This document shows positions 43,601 through 57,352 of a DNA stretch of 64,000 bases, piece by piece. The notes below the pieces were generated by a model. That model saw only the letters and a list, made by a program, of their open reading frames with translations. It ran no database searches and was not told the origin of the DNA. A program made the translations under genes and the position numbers. Each line of letters starts with the position of its first letter. The first letter of the stretch is position 1. The stretch comes from the human T2T-CHM13v2.0 reference genome, Homo sapiens, in NCBI RefSeq assembly GCF_009914755.1, contig NC_060925.1; one strand, given 5' to 3'.

Positions 43601-46007
43601 ATGCTACCACCATCTGAACTTTTTCCTTCATCCCCTGCCCCCAGCCACACCCCCCAGAACACCCAGGCATGGACATCCATAGGACCTGAGTCTCAAACAG
43701 TTGCCCCTGAGTGAATTACATTGGAAGAGGGCAGATAATTTAATGGGATAATCTTGGCAGGGCCAGCAAATTTCACACCTCATCTCTCACTAATAGAAAG
43801 GCAGCAGAAGGCTACAACATCCTCAGATGAAAAGGTTGTATAAAAAGGCTCTGCTTAACAGTAACTGTCTGTCCATAAATAAGGTTTTGTACAGTCTTGA
43901 TCCAAAAGCTGTTATGAAATACTGATAAGCCAAGCCTCATAATGTTTGGCCTCCTTACATTTCCTTTTCCTGCTTCTCTCCATAGAACCATAGATTTTTT
44001 TTTTTTTAAGAGAGAGAGGGGGACTAAAAAAAAGATCAACAGTCCAAACTTTATTTTTTTCAAGTATTTCTATACAGGATGGACTTCCTTTGATAGCTGC
44101 TTAAAGAGGTGGCGTGGAGTAATGGAAATAGAATGGGATTTGAGCCTGATAGGGAATGGGGGTTTGAATTGGGGCTTTGTTGCCTTCTTGGGCAAAGTTA
44201 CCTAAACTTTTGAGCCTCTGTTTTCTTATCTGTAAAATGGGAATAACAATAATATGTGGCTTACTGGGGGGTTTTGTGAGAATAAAAGGATGTTATGAAC
44301 TTATAGCGCCTAACACAGCACCGTGGACTTAGTGAACGTGAAGTATGTTAGCCACCATCATTATCAAGGGCTTACTGAAGAAATTTGAAAATCTGGCTTC
44401 AAAACGATGGTCCTGCTGCAAGGTAGCAACCAAGGCTCAGAGAATAGCAAGTTTTACAAGGTTTTAGGACTCCAGAGTGTTTTGTTTTATAGGGAGCATG
44501 CAGATGCTCTAGATCTGAGCAGTACCCAGGCCAGTGCTGGGGACCTGGATGGAAGGGATTCCACAGTGCAGTTTTGCAATGCCTTAAAACAAAGGCTTTT
44601 TTCAGAACAGCAAGCTCTTTGGGGAAGAGCAACCCCTCCCAGGTGCTTAGTGTAATTCCAGAATCCTACAATGGGGAATGTTACATTTCAGGGACCTCCA
44701 CTTGTAATCTGACCGTTTTTAGCTCCAATATCCAAATAATCTTGCTGAGCACAACTTGAAAGAGAAGGATAATGGCCGGAGGAAAGGATCCTGAGGTGCT
44801 CTGTTTGCCATTTAAATTTTCTGAGTAGAAGAAAAAAAGTTCATGTTACCCAAAGAGAGAAGAGTAATGAAGCGTGTGGGAAGCAGGAGGGGTGATAAAG
44901 AGGACTTCTAAAGACAAAGCAGAGGTTGGGTTTGATATTTTATTTTTCAACAGTGAAGCTTGTCACTCAGTGTATTTCAACTAACATTTATTATATATTT
45001 ATCACATGAAAGATACAGTATTCGTGTCCAGGAATAAAGTATTAACTTTGCCCTCAAGGAGAGAGGAGAAAAATTCTCACTTTTTTGAGCACCTGCTATA
45101 TGCCAGGTATCATTTTTTTAAAGCTATTAAATTTATGCTTCTCAGCACTCCTTGGAGTTTGGACTTCTGATCCTATTTTACAGATAAGAAAATCGAGGCT
45201 CAGGAAGGTAAGTATCTCAGCCAAATTCGTACAATGATTAAGTTGGGATTTGGGATTTGAATCTAGGTATTTTGACTCTCAGATGTATGCTCTTTTTGTT
45301 ATCCTTAAAGTGTGATTGGGGAGACACCAATGAGCAGATGTGGTACCACAGGCAACTATCTCTCCCACAAGTGAATTATAGGAAAGAGTTGTGGAAAAAA
45401 TGCTGTGGGAACATGGGGAAGAATACATTAATTCTCAGGGGATTAGAGGGTCAGAGGAAGAACATGAGTGCCTCCTTCATAGGCTTATTGTGAAGAGTCA
45501 ATGAAATAATTCATGGAACACACTCAGACTGTGCATAGTGAGCGCTCAGTGAGTGTTCTGCTATAGTTATGTAGCCAGTGAGAGGCCTGATCAGGATTTA
45601 TCTGCCTCTAAAACCCATGTACTCTTGCTCCCCTGTGCACTTTTTAAACAGACATGTGATTGTTGGAAGAGTAAGTAACTGTGCAGTCACCAAATGAAAG
45701 GGAAGACACCAATACAGTTGCTCTGGTATATTCACCACCTGCCCTAATCCTGGCTTTTAGGACTGGACTGCTTTGGGTATGGGAGGGGATTTGGATAGAT
45801 GTGGGGTTGGAAAGAATCAAGATGTCTCATCATGAACTATAGCGCTCCTAGAACTCTGGCCAGGATTTACCACCTGCCCTCATTCATTCATTGATCATAC
45901 ATTTTCTATGCACTTACAGTGAACCAAATATTCTGATAGTCTCACTGGAGATGTAAAGATGAATAAGGTTAGATCATTGCCTTGGAGGGTTTTTCAAATG
46001 ACAGATT

Positions 46008-46423
46008 TATGGCAGAGATTGCTAGCTGATCACCAAATATGTTTCCATCTCTTCCGGTCATATGACTAGACAACATTTCTCAGCTTTCTCACAGTTAAGT
46101 GAAGCCATGTGACTAAATACTAGCCAATTAAATGAAATTGGAGGTAATTTTTGTCGCTTGTAGGCTTGACCCATAAAAAACTCCCCAGGCAGAATCGGTA
46201 TGATCCTTCTTCGGTGGCTTGACAACCTTAGAAGTCATGTGTTGAAAGTGTCACAACGTGGAAAGAGCCTGAGACTCTCCCTTAATCACTGTGTGGTGGA
46301 AGCCACACTTGTTTAGGTTTTATGTGAACCAAAAACAAGTGTCCATTGTTAAGGCTGAGATTTTGAGGTTTTTTTTTTTTGTTTTTTTTTTTGTTACAGC
46401 TGCTAATGTTACCTTAACTAACA
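46008..46423 (+). mobile_element. Old MLT1 (I/J-like) LTR
   Basis: TATGGCAGAGATTGCTAGCTG...GCCATGTGACT...TTGTTACAGCTGCTAATGTTACCTTAACTAACA. Confidence 0.6.
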
Positions 46424-49284
46424 TGAGGTTGTAAATCAGTGTGTGGTGAGATCAATTTAGTGGGTTAGGACCAGCATTTTTAGATAGAATAAAATAGGAA
46501 ACCTGGTTTGTGTCTGACCACTTCATGCAGACCTGGGGCTCCATCCAGTAAATTAAACCCCTTCCCAAATAATTTATGGCACACATAGGGTGCCTCTAGC
46601 ACTGTAGAGAATCTAGAAGAATGAAGGGTGGCCTTTACCCTTGGGGAGTTTACCTTTTAGGGGCAGTAAAATAGGCACTTTATACAGCCAGTGAGTACAG
46701 AGTTGGCAATTATATATGCAGAATCCCTAGAAGGGTGGGTCTTTCGGGAGGAAGTGTGATATGATGTGAGCCTTGAAGGAAGGATTGAGAGGGTGCGGGA
46801 TTGAAGGATGGGAGATGGGAAGAGGAGTTGGACATTTCACTGCTGGAAAAGGGCTGGAGTTCCACAGCAGCCTGCAGCTGCTCTGGGGGTCTCCATGGAC
46901 TCGCTGAGACTATCCTGAGTTCTTAAACCAGGCCTTCACTGTGGAATGAAGCTGATCTCCAGGGGATGGGAGAGTGAAGAAAAGAAAGACAGCGTTGAAT
47001 GAAGCCTGTTGTGTTTTTAGCATATGAAGGGTGGAGGAGGAGAGAGAAGGAAGCAGTTTCACTGGGAGCCTGAAGACTTGTCTTTCTTCCCAAAGGGTGT
47101 CCCAGGGAGTTAAAAATGTTGTGCATTTCAGGGCTGCTTGTCAAAGGTATATGATGGTGTCTTATTGTCTCTAATGCAGCCATTTTCTCTTATAGTGCAG
47201 GCTACTTAATTCTATTCCCCCTCTTGTCTGCTTGATGAAAAGAATAATAGTATACTAATAATTAACACACTGAGCATACTGTGGGCCAAGTACTATTCTA
47301 AGTTCTTTAAGCGATTTAACTTGCATAGTCTTCAGGACGACCCTATGAGGTAAGCCAGAGTTCTAGGAGCATTATTGTTCACTATTAGGCATCTTGATTC
47401 TCTCCAGCTCCACACCTGTGTGAATCCTCCACCATGCCCAAAGCAGAATCCAGGCTAAAAGCCAGGATAAGGGCAGATGGGAGAAAATACAAGACGAACT
47501 GTCTTGGTGTCTTCCCTTCTATTTGGTAACTACACAACTACTTACTCTTCCAACGACCACATGTCTGTTGAAAAGGTGCACAGCAGAGCAAGAGTATATG
47601 GGCTTTAGAAGCAGATTAATCCTGACCAGGTCTTTCACCGGCTGCTGAACACTCCTTGAACACTCACAATGCATGTGGCAGGGTGCTCAGTGTGTTCCAC
47701 GATATCCCCATTTTCCAGATAAGGAAACTGAGGCACAGAGAAGTAAGTAACCTGCCCAAGACCACACAGAGAGTTAAATGGGAAAACTAGGATTTGAACC
47801 TGCATATCCTAAGGCCTGAGTTTTGTTCCTAATCATTATTATGCCAAACTGCATTGCAGTTTTTTTTTTCAACTCTGTCTGATGATTAAAATTCTCTGTA
47901 AGATCCCAGCCAAATAGCTGAGTCAAAATAATTATAATTAAATCCTCCATTTGTATAGGGCTTTGCAGCTTACAAAATCATTTTATGTACAGTATTACCT
48001 TTAATTTTCCAAAAAATACAGTTAAATAGGATTTATTTCTCTCTTCCTTTTAAAAGTAGGCAGGTGAGTTTGGCAGCTCACACAAGGTCACTCTGTAGCT
48101 GTCAGGGCCTGTCTAAAACCCAGCCCCTTGGACTTAGGGCCCATTGAACTTTCTGCTCTAAAGACTACTTTTGTTTGGAATTTGTGCCTCTAATATACTG
48201 ATATATGACTATTTTCACTACTGTTTCACCAAAAGGTGAATTTGCCTGATTTTCACTTGTTTCATCCACAAAATCTTCAAATAGCTGTTGTCTTTAGAAA
48301 CAGTTGAAAGGCATTTGTAGATGGGACCTGGCTCTGGGATTTCTGTAACCTGGGAAAATTTACTTGCAAAAAGACAGAGAAGTTACTTAAAAACAGGATT
48401 TTCCTAAGTGGTTGGTGATTGTGGCAGGGAGAGGAGCCAGGAAGAGAAGGACTTTGGCATCAGATGGACTAGGCTCACTACTGCTCTGCCAGGTCAGCAA
48501 ACTACGTAACCTCTGAGACTGGCTTTCCTCACGTGTAAAATGGGAGCCATAATGGTGCCTACCATGACAGAGGGGGAAGGACCATGGGTAGTGTTTGGCA
48601 CAGTGCCTGGGCCATAGTTGGTTGTTGGTGTGTGATCGAAGCTACATCTCTCAATTGAATGGAGAGCAGCAATTCTTCCTTTAAGATTTTTCACAGGATG
48701 GGATGGGGCAAAATTGCTAGTTCTCAGCGCCTTGTTAGGCATGATTTTATAATACAGTTATCTCTGACACGGACTTTCTTAGCACCTGGAAATCTTAGGT
48801 TATAATTATATTGTTTCTCAAGGGCAGGGACTTTCTTATGCTCTGTGAAGGTTAAACATCATAAGGTAAAAATAGAACATGCTGCCTGAAATCCTAGATA
48901 CCCTGGAAAGGCTCTTATCTGTTCTTCATGGGAAACTGACACCATTTCCGGATGGGTTTAGACAATGTACATGAAAGCAACTTATTCTACTTTTTCTCCA
49001 TAAGAGAGATTATAGCCTTGCTTCTAGGATTTCACTCCAACTGGGGTGTTTCAAAGTTTTTACATAATTTTCACACCCCCTGGAGAGTATTGGCTGTTTT
49101 TCTTTTTTCTGCCTGAACTTCCATTGTGGTGATGGACTGTATTAGCCTTTCATATGCCTACCTTAAAGAGGTAATGCTTAACCCAGTCATGACTGTTTTA
49201 TCTCCTCCCTTCAGAGAACTGTTGTGTGTTGTATGGGGATTTTCAGTCCCAAGATATTGCCTGTTGGAGACCAGTGGTGTGTAG

Positions 49285-49689
<405 letters not shown>

Positions 49690-50077
49690 TGATTTAAACC
49701 TCTTTTTCTCTGTGCGGCTCATAGCGCTTTGCCCACTCACATCTGGTGTCCCTAAGTCAAAGCATTGAAAACTTTGCCTGTGACCAGGTAGTCTTCAGTG
49801 GGTTAGAGTCTGCTGTCAGGGCCTCCCAGGGGACACGTGATAACTAATGTCCTTTTTCCCCACTGAGGAAGGGGGGAGCTGAACTGAGCATGTCCAGTCT
49901 GTGCTACCCAGCTCATCCCTAAGTTGCTGCCTAGGACTGTGCTCCGGGCCTCTGCAAGGAGGAGTTAGTAAAGGTGCAGAGAAAGTCCAGGACTTAACAC
50001 TGATTAGTCTTCCTCCCCAGAAAGAAAGCACCTGGCACAGGGAATAAAGCATTTCCCCCCTTACGCTGGCTACAACT

Positions 50078-50396
<319 letters not shown>

Positions 50397-51180
50397 TTTT
50401 TTTTTTTTTTTTTTTTTAAGGAGCAATTGTCAGATTTGATGGTTGTGTTGGGGTTAAAACTATGTAGATAAGGTGGTCAAAACCTTTTAGAAATAATCCT
50501 CCCACATCTTTCCTGAGGGCTTAGGTTTAGAAAGTTTCTTAGCCATCCCAGGATGTGGGTGAAAGTGGCTTCCCCCAGACTCATCAAATACACAGAGCAA
50601 TTGATCTGAGTGCTGGTGGATGGGAGGGAAGGAAAGGAGGGGCCCAAGAGGCGCAGCTCCACCTGCCCGAGGGAGACGTCCTGTGTAAACTAACAAGAAG
50701 TCACTGGTGCTTCGGTTTGGTTAAATACTGATTTAGCAACTGAAAGGGATGCAGGAGAAATATGGCAATATCCTCTCCAGTAAGAAGTTTACTGTTTTTG
50801 TTAGGGAGGCAAGACTGATACACCCCAAACGGTATGGGAATAATGAATTGATCCAAATGTCAGTGGCCTGCCCTTGGTTTAGGGCCCTTTGCCTATCTTG
50901 AAGCCTCCAGGAATTTCTACCCTCACACCGGCCTACCTCCCTGGCATATCCAGCTCAGACTCTTTCCTCTTTTCATTTCTTCTTGCTGAATTCTTGTTCT
51001 TCAAACTGTATTGCATCCACATCCAGGAAGGCACCCTGGCCTGTTTCAGCCTGTCAGTCCTTCTTTTGTCGTCTCACCTTCCACCAGTATTCTCACATAG
51101 GCCGTCTAAATCACACCTGCTTATGCTGATTTAGCCCAACACCTTTGCAATAATTGTCACTGTCAAGTATTAAGCATTGA

Positions 51181-51646
<466 letters not shown>

Positions 51647-52430
51647 TATCGCCCTGATTTCAATCCCTCATCTGTCACTCCCTCATTCTGGGAAATGCCC
51701 CTTCATCAGTTTCAAAAGGAACTAATCATAGTCTTTCCTTGGGATTTAGGGGCAGCCCTTCTGGGATGGGGAAGCTGAGAGATGCCCTTGGTCATGTCTG
51801 AGCCCAGGAAAGAAGCTGGTGTGTAGGAGAGAATGACTTCATATCCAGAGCAGGCACTCCTGAGAGGCAGAAGAGGTCTGACAGCCTGCCAATCTCTTTT
51901 CCACCTCCCTGGGGTTTCCTTATCTGAGCCAGTAGACGCTGCTTTCATGAGGTTATTGTGTTCCTACAATGCACACAGCCTCACCTCACTAATCCTCATA
52001 ACAAAATGAAGTGGGTGTTATCCTTTTTTTAAAGCTAAGAGGAAGCAGTTTGATTGCTTTTTCTGATGAGAACATTTATATCCATTAAAAGCAAATTCAG
52101 AAATGTATAATGAAAACAAATTTCACCCATTATCCTACCATTCAGAGATAACTTCTGATTGTGTTTATACACGTGGATTTATAAAAGGAGGTTATGCTTT
52201 TATTCCCAAAAGAAAACTGAGGCTCAGAGATGTTAAGTAACTCCTCTAGGGTCAAAACCAGTGCAAATCACTAAAACGTGTTGACTGTCTGTTAAATTCA
52301 ATGTAATTAAGTGCCACAGGGAGTTACAGGCAGTAGGTTTTGTGGATCAAGAAGGAAAGAGGCCGGCATTGATTGGAATTACTGGGAGGGTTTTCTGAAG
52401 GAGGTGGGGCTTGACAGAGTGATCTAATAT

Positions 52431-53150
52431 ATATATTATATGTTATATATATATATATATTTTAAGGCTTGTTTTATTTTAATGGCTGATCTATATAATC
52501 ACAGAAGCCAGTATGTACAGACAAAGTGGAAGTTTTTATTTCCTTGTCTCTTCCTCCTTGGACAAGGTCTTGATGATTTCCTCCTTCTTGACCTGGAGGC
52601 ACTCTTTATGGCGCTTGCATGCTTCCTTGGTCTTAGACCTCTGGGCCTCAACCTGGTTAGCCAGGAGCTTCATGCGAGCCTTATCTGCCTTCAGCTTGTG
52701 GATGTGTTCCATGAGAATCGCTTGTTTTTGAACACGTTCCCCTTAACCTTCAGGTACAGGCTGTGATACATGAGGTGATCAATCTTCTTAGATATGCGGT
52801 ATCTTCTGAGCAGCCAGCACAGAATCCTCATTCTCCTCATCCACGTGACCTTCTCTGGCATCCGGGCATTGGTTGTACCCTTTCGCTTACCTATGCCCAT
52901 GTGCCTGCCCTTCCGGTAGGCCAAGGTGTTTTCCTGGCATCGAGCCTGGGAATGGACAGTCATTGGCTTGCGGATCATCAGCCCATCTTTGATCAGCTTC
53001 CAGATCTGCTGACAGGAGTTGGCATTGGAGATTTCATTGGTTTCATTGGGGTCCAACCAGACCTTCTTCTTGCCACAGGGGAGGACCCTAGAGGCAAGCC
53101 TCTTCTGAAGCCTGAGCATACTCATGGCTGTGACCATAGCAGTGAAAGGT
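52431..53150 (-). pseudogene. RPL19P3: Processed pseudogene of ribosomal protein L19 (probably the locus named RPL19P3; number recalled, not verified). CDS remnant 53125-52536.
   Basis: Intronless [32 protein letters not shown]... through ...LSKEEETRK*. 590 nt versus 591 expected, a 1-nt deletion near 52720. AATAAA at 52478-52473, degraded tail, 14-bp TSD GAGTGATCTAATAT (52417-52430 and 53151-53164). Confidence 0.93.
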
Positions 53151-53436
53151 GAGTGATCTAATATTGACTTGATTCCTCCCATTAAGTGGCCTCTGAGTGG
53201 GCAAAGCCAGTGAATGGGGACACCTGAGCACTGCCTGCTGTCGGGACTGGGCACTGCCTAAGACAATGATTACTTTTGAGCTTTTCTGAAGTGAAAATAA
53301 GTCAATGTGAACATGGCAAAGAGGGACAGAGGAAGAGACTTATGGTATCTAGAAGGAAGTTGGCAGGTAACAGGGTGCCAGGAAATTAAGACCTAAAGAA
53401 ATAGAGTGGAGGAGAAGGAGGGTGGGGGCACAACAG

Positions 53437-53695
53437 TGGATTGTGGTTTTGCATTTGAATCAGGAGGAGGAAAAAAACACCCATCCTTCCTCTCCTTTTT
53501 TTTTTTTTTTTTTTTTTGTCTTTAAACAGGCACTGTCACTCTCTTTTGGGATTACTTATTTATATGTTTGTCTCTCCCTCTGCACTGTGAGATCTGGGTG
53601 AGGAGGAATGGTGTTTAATTTTCATGCATATCTTCAGTGTTCAGCACATTAAGCCTGGCACAAATCAAAGAGACACTCATTAAATATTTTTCAAA
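53437..53695 (+). repeat. Copy 1 of a ~250-bp local direct duplication (includes an L2 3' end)
   Basis: Aligns colinearly with 63403-63651; about 20 substitutions and 3 indels by manual count. Confidence 0.93.
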
Positions 53696-56600
53696 GCAAG
53701 GATCCACTGACATGACTTTCAGGCAGGCCCTCCCAAGCTGTCTACAACCCCCTCTGTGGTCTCATAGGGCACCTATGCACATATTGGCTTTTCATGGGCT
53801 GTTCCCTCCCACAGAAGCACCTTTCCCCCACCCATCAGCTACAGTCCTTCTGTCTTGGCTCAGATGTCACATCCCTGACTCAACAGGTGAGATTAGATTT
53901 CCACTCACATGCTCTCCTAGCACTTTGTGTTCTTAAATAACCTTCATTATAATTTGTCATTGAATATTTATTTGTGTAATGACTATTTTTTGGGATCTTC
54001 TCTATCACTGGGTTGGATGCTCCTTACAGTAGGGTCTGGTTCTGGATCTCCTGAGCCTGGGCCAGTTGAATGGATTCTGCTTTTACTTTTACTAAGCATT
54101 GTTCTTCCTTCCTAGAGGCCGAGATAACTCCAGCTTACCTTGGTGTGACTATCTAGGAATTTAAAAACGCGTCTTCGAACAACTGAAAATCTCCAGGCTA
54201 TCTCTTCCAACAGTTGAGGAATCCAGCCCTGTAAAAAGTCAATCAGGCTAAATGACACCTGCTGTGAGTTCTGTTTGCAGGAGAGCAATGGGCAGCTCCA
54301 GAGCTGGGCTGTTTTCCCAACATGGAGTCTGTGATAACTGGGTTTTGCTGCTATAAATTAGGGTCACCCTGCTCTTAATTGGCAACCAATTCAGATTCTC
54401 CCTTACAATCCTCCTCTTTCTCCTTTTTCGTGTGGACTGTGTTTGAGAGAAGGTGTGGAAAATCCTGGCACTGTGCTACAGGGACGGTGCACCTGCAAGC
54501 TGGGAATAGAGGTGGTGAATGCTGGCTGCCGGCCCTCAGCACCTTTTTCTCCCTCCCTGTTGCTCTGCCCTTCCCTGTCTTTTCTCAGGAATTTTGAAAG
54601 AGGTCTCATTACTAGGGAAATATCCCCTGGGGAGCTCTTCCTCTCTCTTCTTTCTCTCAATGAGTAGAGGGGAAAGTGTTCTCAGTTTTGAACCTGCAAG
54701 CCATCTGGATGCAAAGATGGCCAGAAATGCCCCCTTGTCTCTGGATTTCCTACAGCAACTCTGCCTTAGCCTCCCAGTACCATCTGCTTCAGGCTGGGAC
54801 ATCTTTCCTTCATGCAGGAGAAAGGGGAGCTTAATAAAATTTTGCTGGGGTTTCTTGGGGCCTGAGGCAGTAGTGGGGAGGAGAGAAGCCTGGGCTGTTT
54901 TATTTCTTGCACCTGCTATGAGTCAGGAGTGGTCCTTGGTCAGCAGGCACATGGAGGCCTGCTGGGTGCCAGGCATTGGGCAGGTGTTGGGGCTACAGGA
55001 TTATCTGCTAGGACCTCAAAGTCTGGCCTTGTGGGCAGCGTGAAAACAATGATGGTGACACAGTGAGAGTCTGGGCACAGGTCCTGGAAGGTGTGGAGAG
55101 GGAGCAGCCAATGCAGGCTCCTGTTAGAGTGCTGGAGACAGAATCAGGAAAGGTGACTCAGGGGAGTCACCTTTTTTTCACTGGAAAAAAATATGTCTGG
55201 GAGGCACTAAAACAAGAGCCCATTATGTGTTTTAAAATGATATTAGTAATAATGTAGGGGTTTATTTGGACAAATGAGTTCACAAAATTGTGCTGCCTGT
55301 AATGTTGATTCTTGACTGAGGGATAAAACTCACTTCCCAGGCCCCTTTCTGTAAGCCAGTTCCCACCATCCCCTTGAACCTCAGCTGCTCCACCAGAGTC
55401 AAAGCAACTCAGAAGGAGGCTGAGACCCCAATGCCTCATTGCTAATCGATGGGCATGGTGGATGGGCATGAGGGTGGGGTTCAGGACCTTACCTAGCATC
55501 TGTCTTCCCAGAATGTTGCTCTGCCCTTTCTGGGGATAAGAGGTCTTAGTTTCTTTATCTCTATAATGGGAATTATAATCCATTCCCTGAAGATTATGGA
55601 AGATTATAGGAGGTAAAGGCTATAAAGTCACCTTGTAAACCTAAAATCCTATCTGAGATCGAGGATTTAGATGGCAAGTACCATTTTGTCTTCATTTCTT
55701 GGTGAAGAAGGATCCATGAGGCCTCCTTTATTCACTCAACAGATATTTACGTGGCAGGCATCATTCTTGATACTGAGGGTAAAGCTGTGAACAAAACAAA
55801 GACCCTGGTCATGGAGGAGTCAGGAAATACAGAAATATACATGACAGCAGGTAACAGGAAGGGCCAAGAAGAATGAGCAGGGTAAAGAGCTTGTAAAGGA
55901 GGTGGGGTGGGTGCTGTCGCATGGGGCAGTCTGGCAGGCCTCTAGGTTTAGGGGATTTGAGCAGAGAGACCTGTGTGAAGGGAAAGGGTGACCCCTGAGA
56001 CTGTCTGAGGGAGGAGCAGTGAGTGCAGAGGCATTCAAAGCAAATGCCTTGAAATGGGAGTGTTATCAGTTTACAGTACAACCAGCAATTGCTTCTACTA
56101 CCACTGGTAATATTTATAGAGTCTATACTGTGTGCCAGGCAGTATTCAGGTGCCGCGACAACCCTATTCGGTAGGTCCTATTTTTATCCTTCCCCCATGT
56201 CACAGATGAGGCATTCTTAGAACAAACCAAGCATCCAGATAATACGAAGAGGGAGCAGTTCTCATTTACATGGGGAGTGTATAAGTCACAGCCCTGCACA
56301 GAGGGAACAGTGTATGGTTTGGAAAGAAAAAAAATCTCAGTTTGGGCCTGGCCTGCTACTCATCTGCTGCTAGGGCAAGATGTTTCACCTCTCTGGGCTT
56401 CTGTTTCCTGATTTATAAAATGGGCTAATAAAATCTCAGAGGATTATTATGTATATTAAGTGAGAGATCCAAGTGAAAGAATGTTTCAAACTGCAGGGCA
56501 CCATGAGAATATCACTTTATTCTTCTTCTTATTACGCCAATTCTCATTCCTTGCCTCTTGCAAAGAGAGAGAATGAGAGAAAAATGGAAACTTGCAACTT

Positions 56601-57149
56601 ACTTAACTTCCTTGGTTCTTTCCCTGAAAACTTATTTTCTACTAATGTCTGTGGGAGTGAATTAACTAGAGTATCCAGTTGAATTAAGTATTTTGCTGAA
56701 AGATGAAGGGACTGTGAGATAAAGTTGGTGCCGAGGATTCTCACATTTCTAAAGGAATCACTTGAGGTGCTAGGACTCCCAGTCCACTCTTCCACAATAC
56801 CAGACAACCTGTAATCCTCAGACCCAGAATCTTATGACAGCTTTCTCTGATTTCACATTGTGTAGATTAGCTACCCAAAAAAGTAAGTGGCCTCAAATAG
56901 TGCTGCCCTTTAAAATTATTCTATGCATTTGTCCCAGAGTCTTGTGGGATGAATGGCTAAATCCTACTGGATTAGGCGAGATGGGTATTATTATCTGGGG
57001 CTACAGAATGGAAAAACTCAGGTGAAGGAAGTTATCCCAAACTTCATAATTGATGGTGAGCCTGGATACTCATTCTCAAATCTGGTGAGGCATCGTTGGC
57101 TTCTACCATGATGGCGATGGTAAGCTCATTTGTCAATCAAATGATCGAT

Positions 57150-57352
57150 TGGCAGTAGGGTGATGACAGTTAATAATAATCTATTATATATTTCAAAATA
57201 GCTAGAAGAGAATAATTAGAATGTTCCTAGCATAACATTATGGCTATCCCAGTTACCCTGATTTGATCTTTACGCATTCTATGAATGTACCAAAATATCA
57301 CATGTGCTCTGAAAATATGTACATCTATTATGTGTCAATAAAAAAAGTTAAC
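57150..57352 (+). mobile_element. Short L1MA-type 3' end inserted into an L2 remnant
   Basis: TATTTCAAAATAGCTAGAAGAG...TTACCCTGATTTGATC...AATAAAAAAAG; TSD CAAATGATCGAT at 57138-57149 and 57353-57364. Confidence 0.82.

Noticed and set aside
53126-53254. N-terminal extension of the 187-aa RPL19-like ORF
   Set aside because: It crosses the TSD into flanking DNA; a chance open frame with no promoter evidence.
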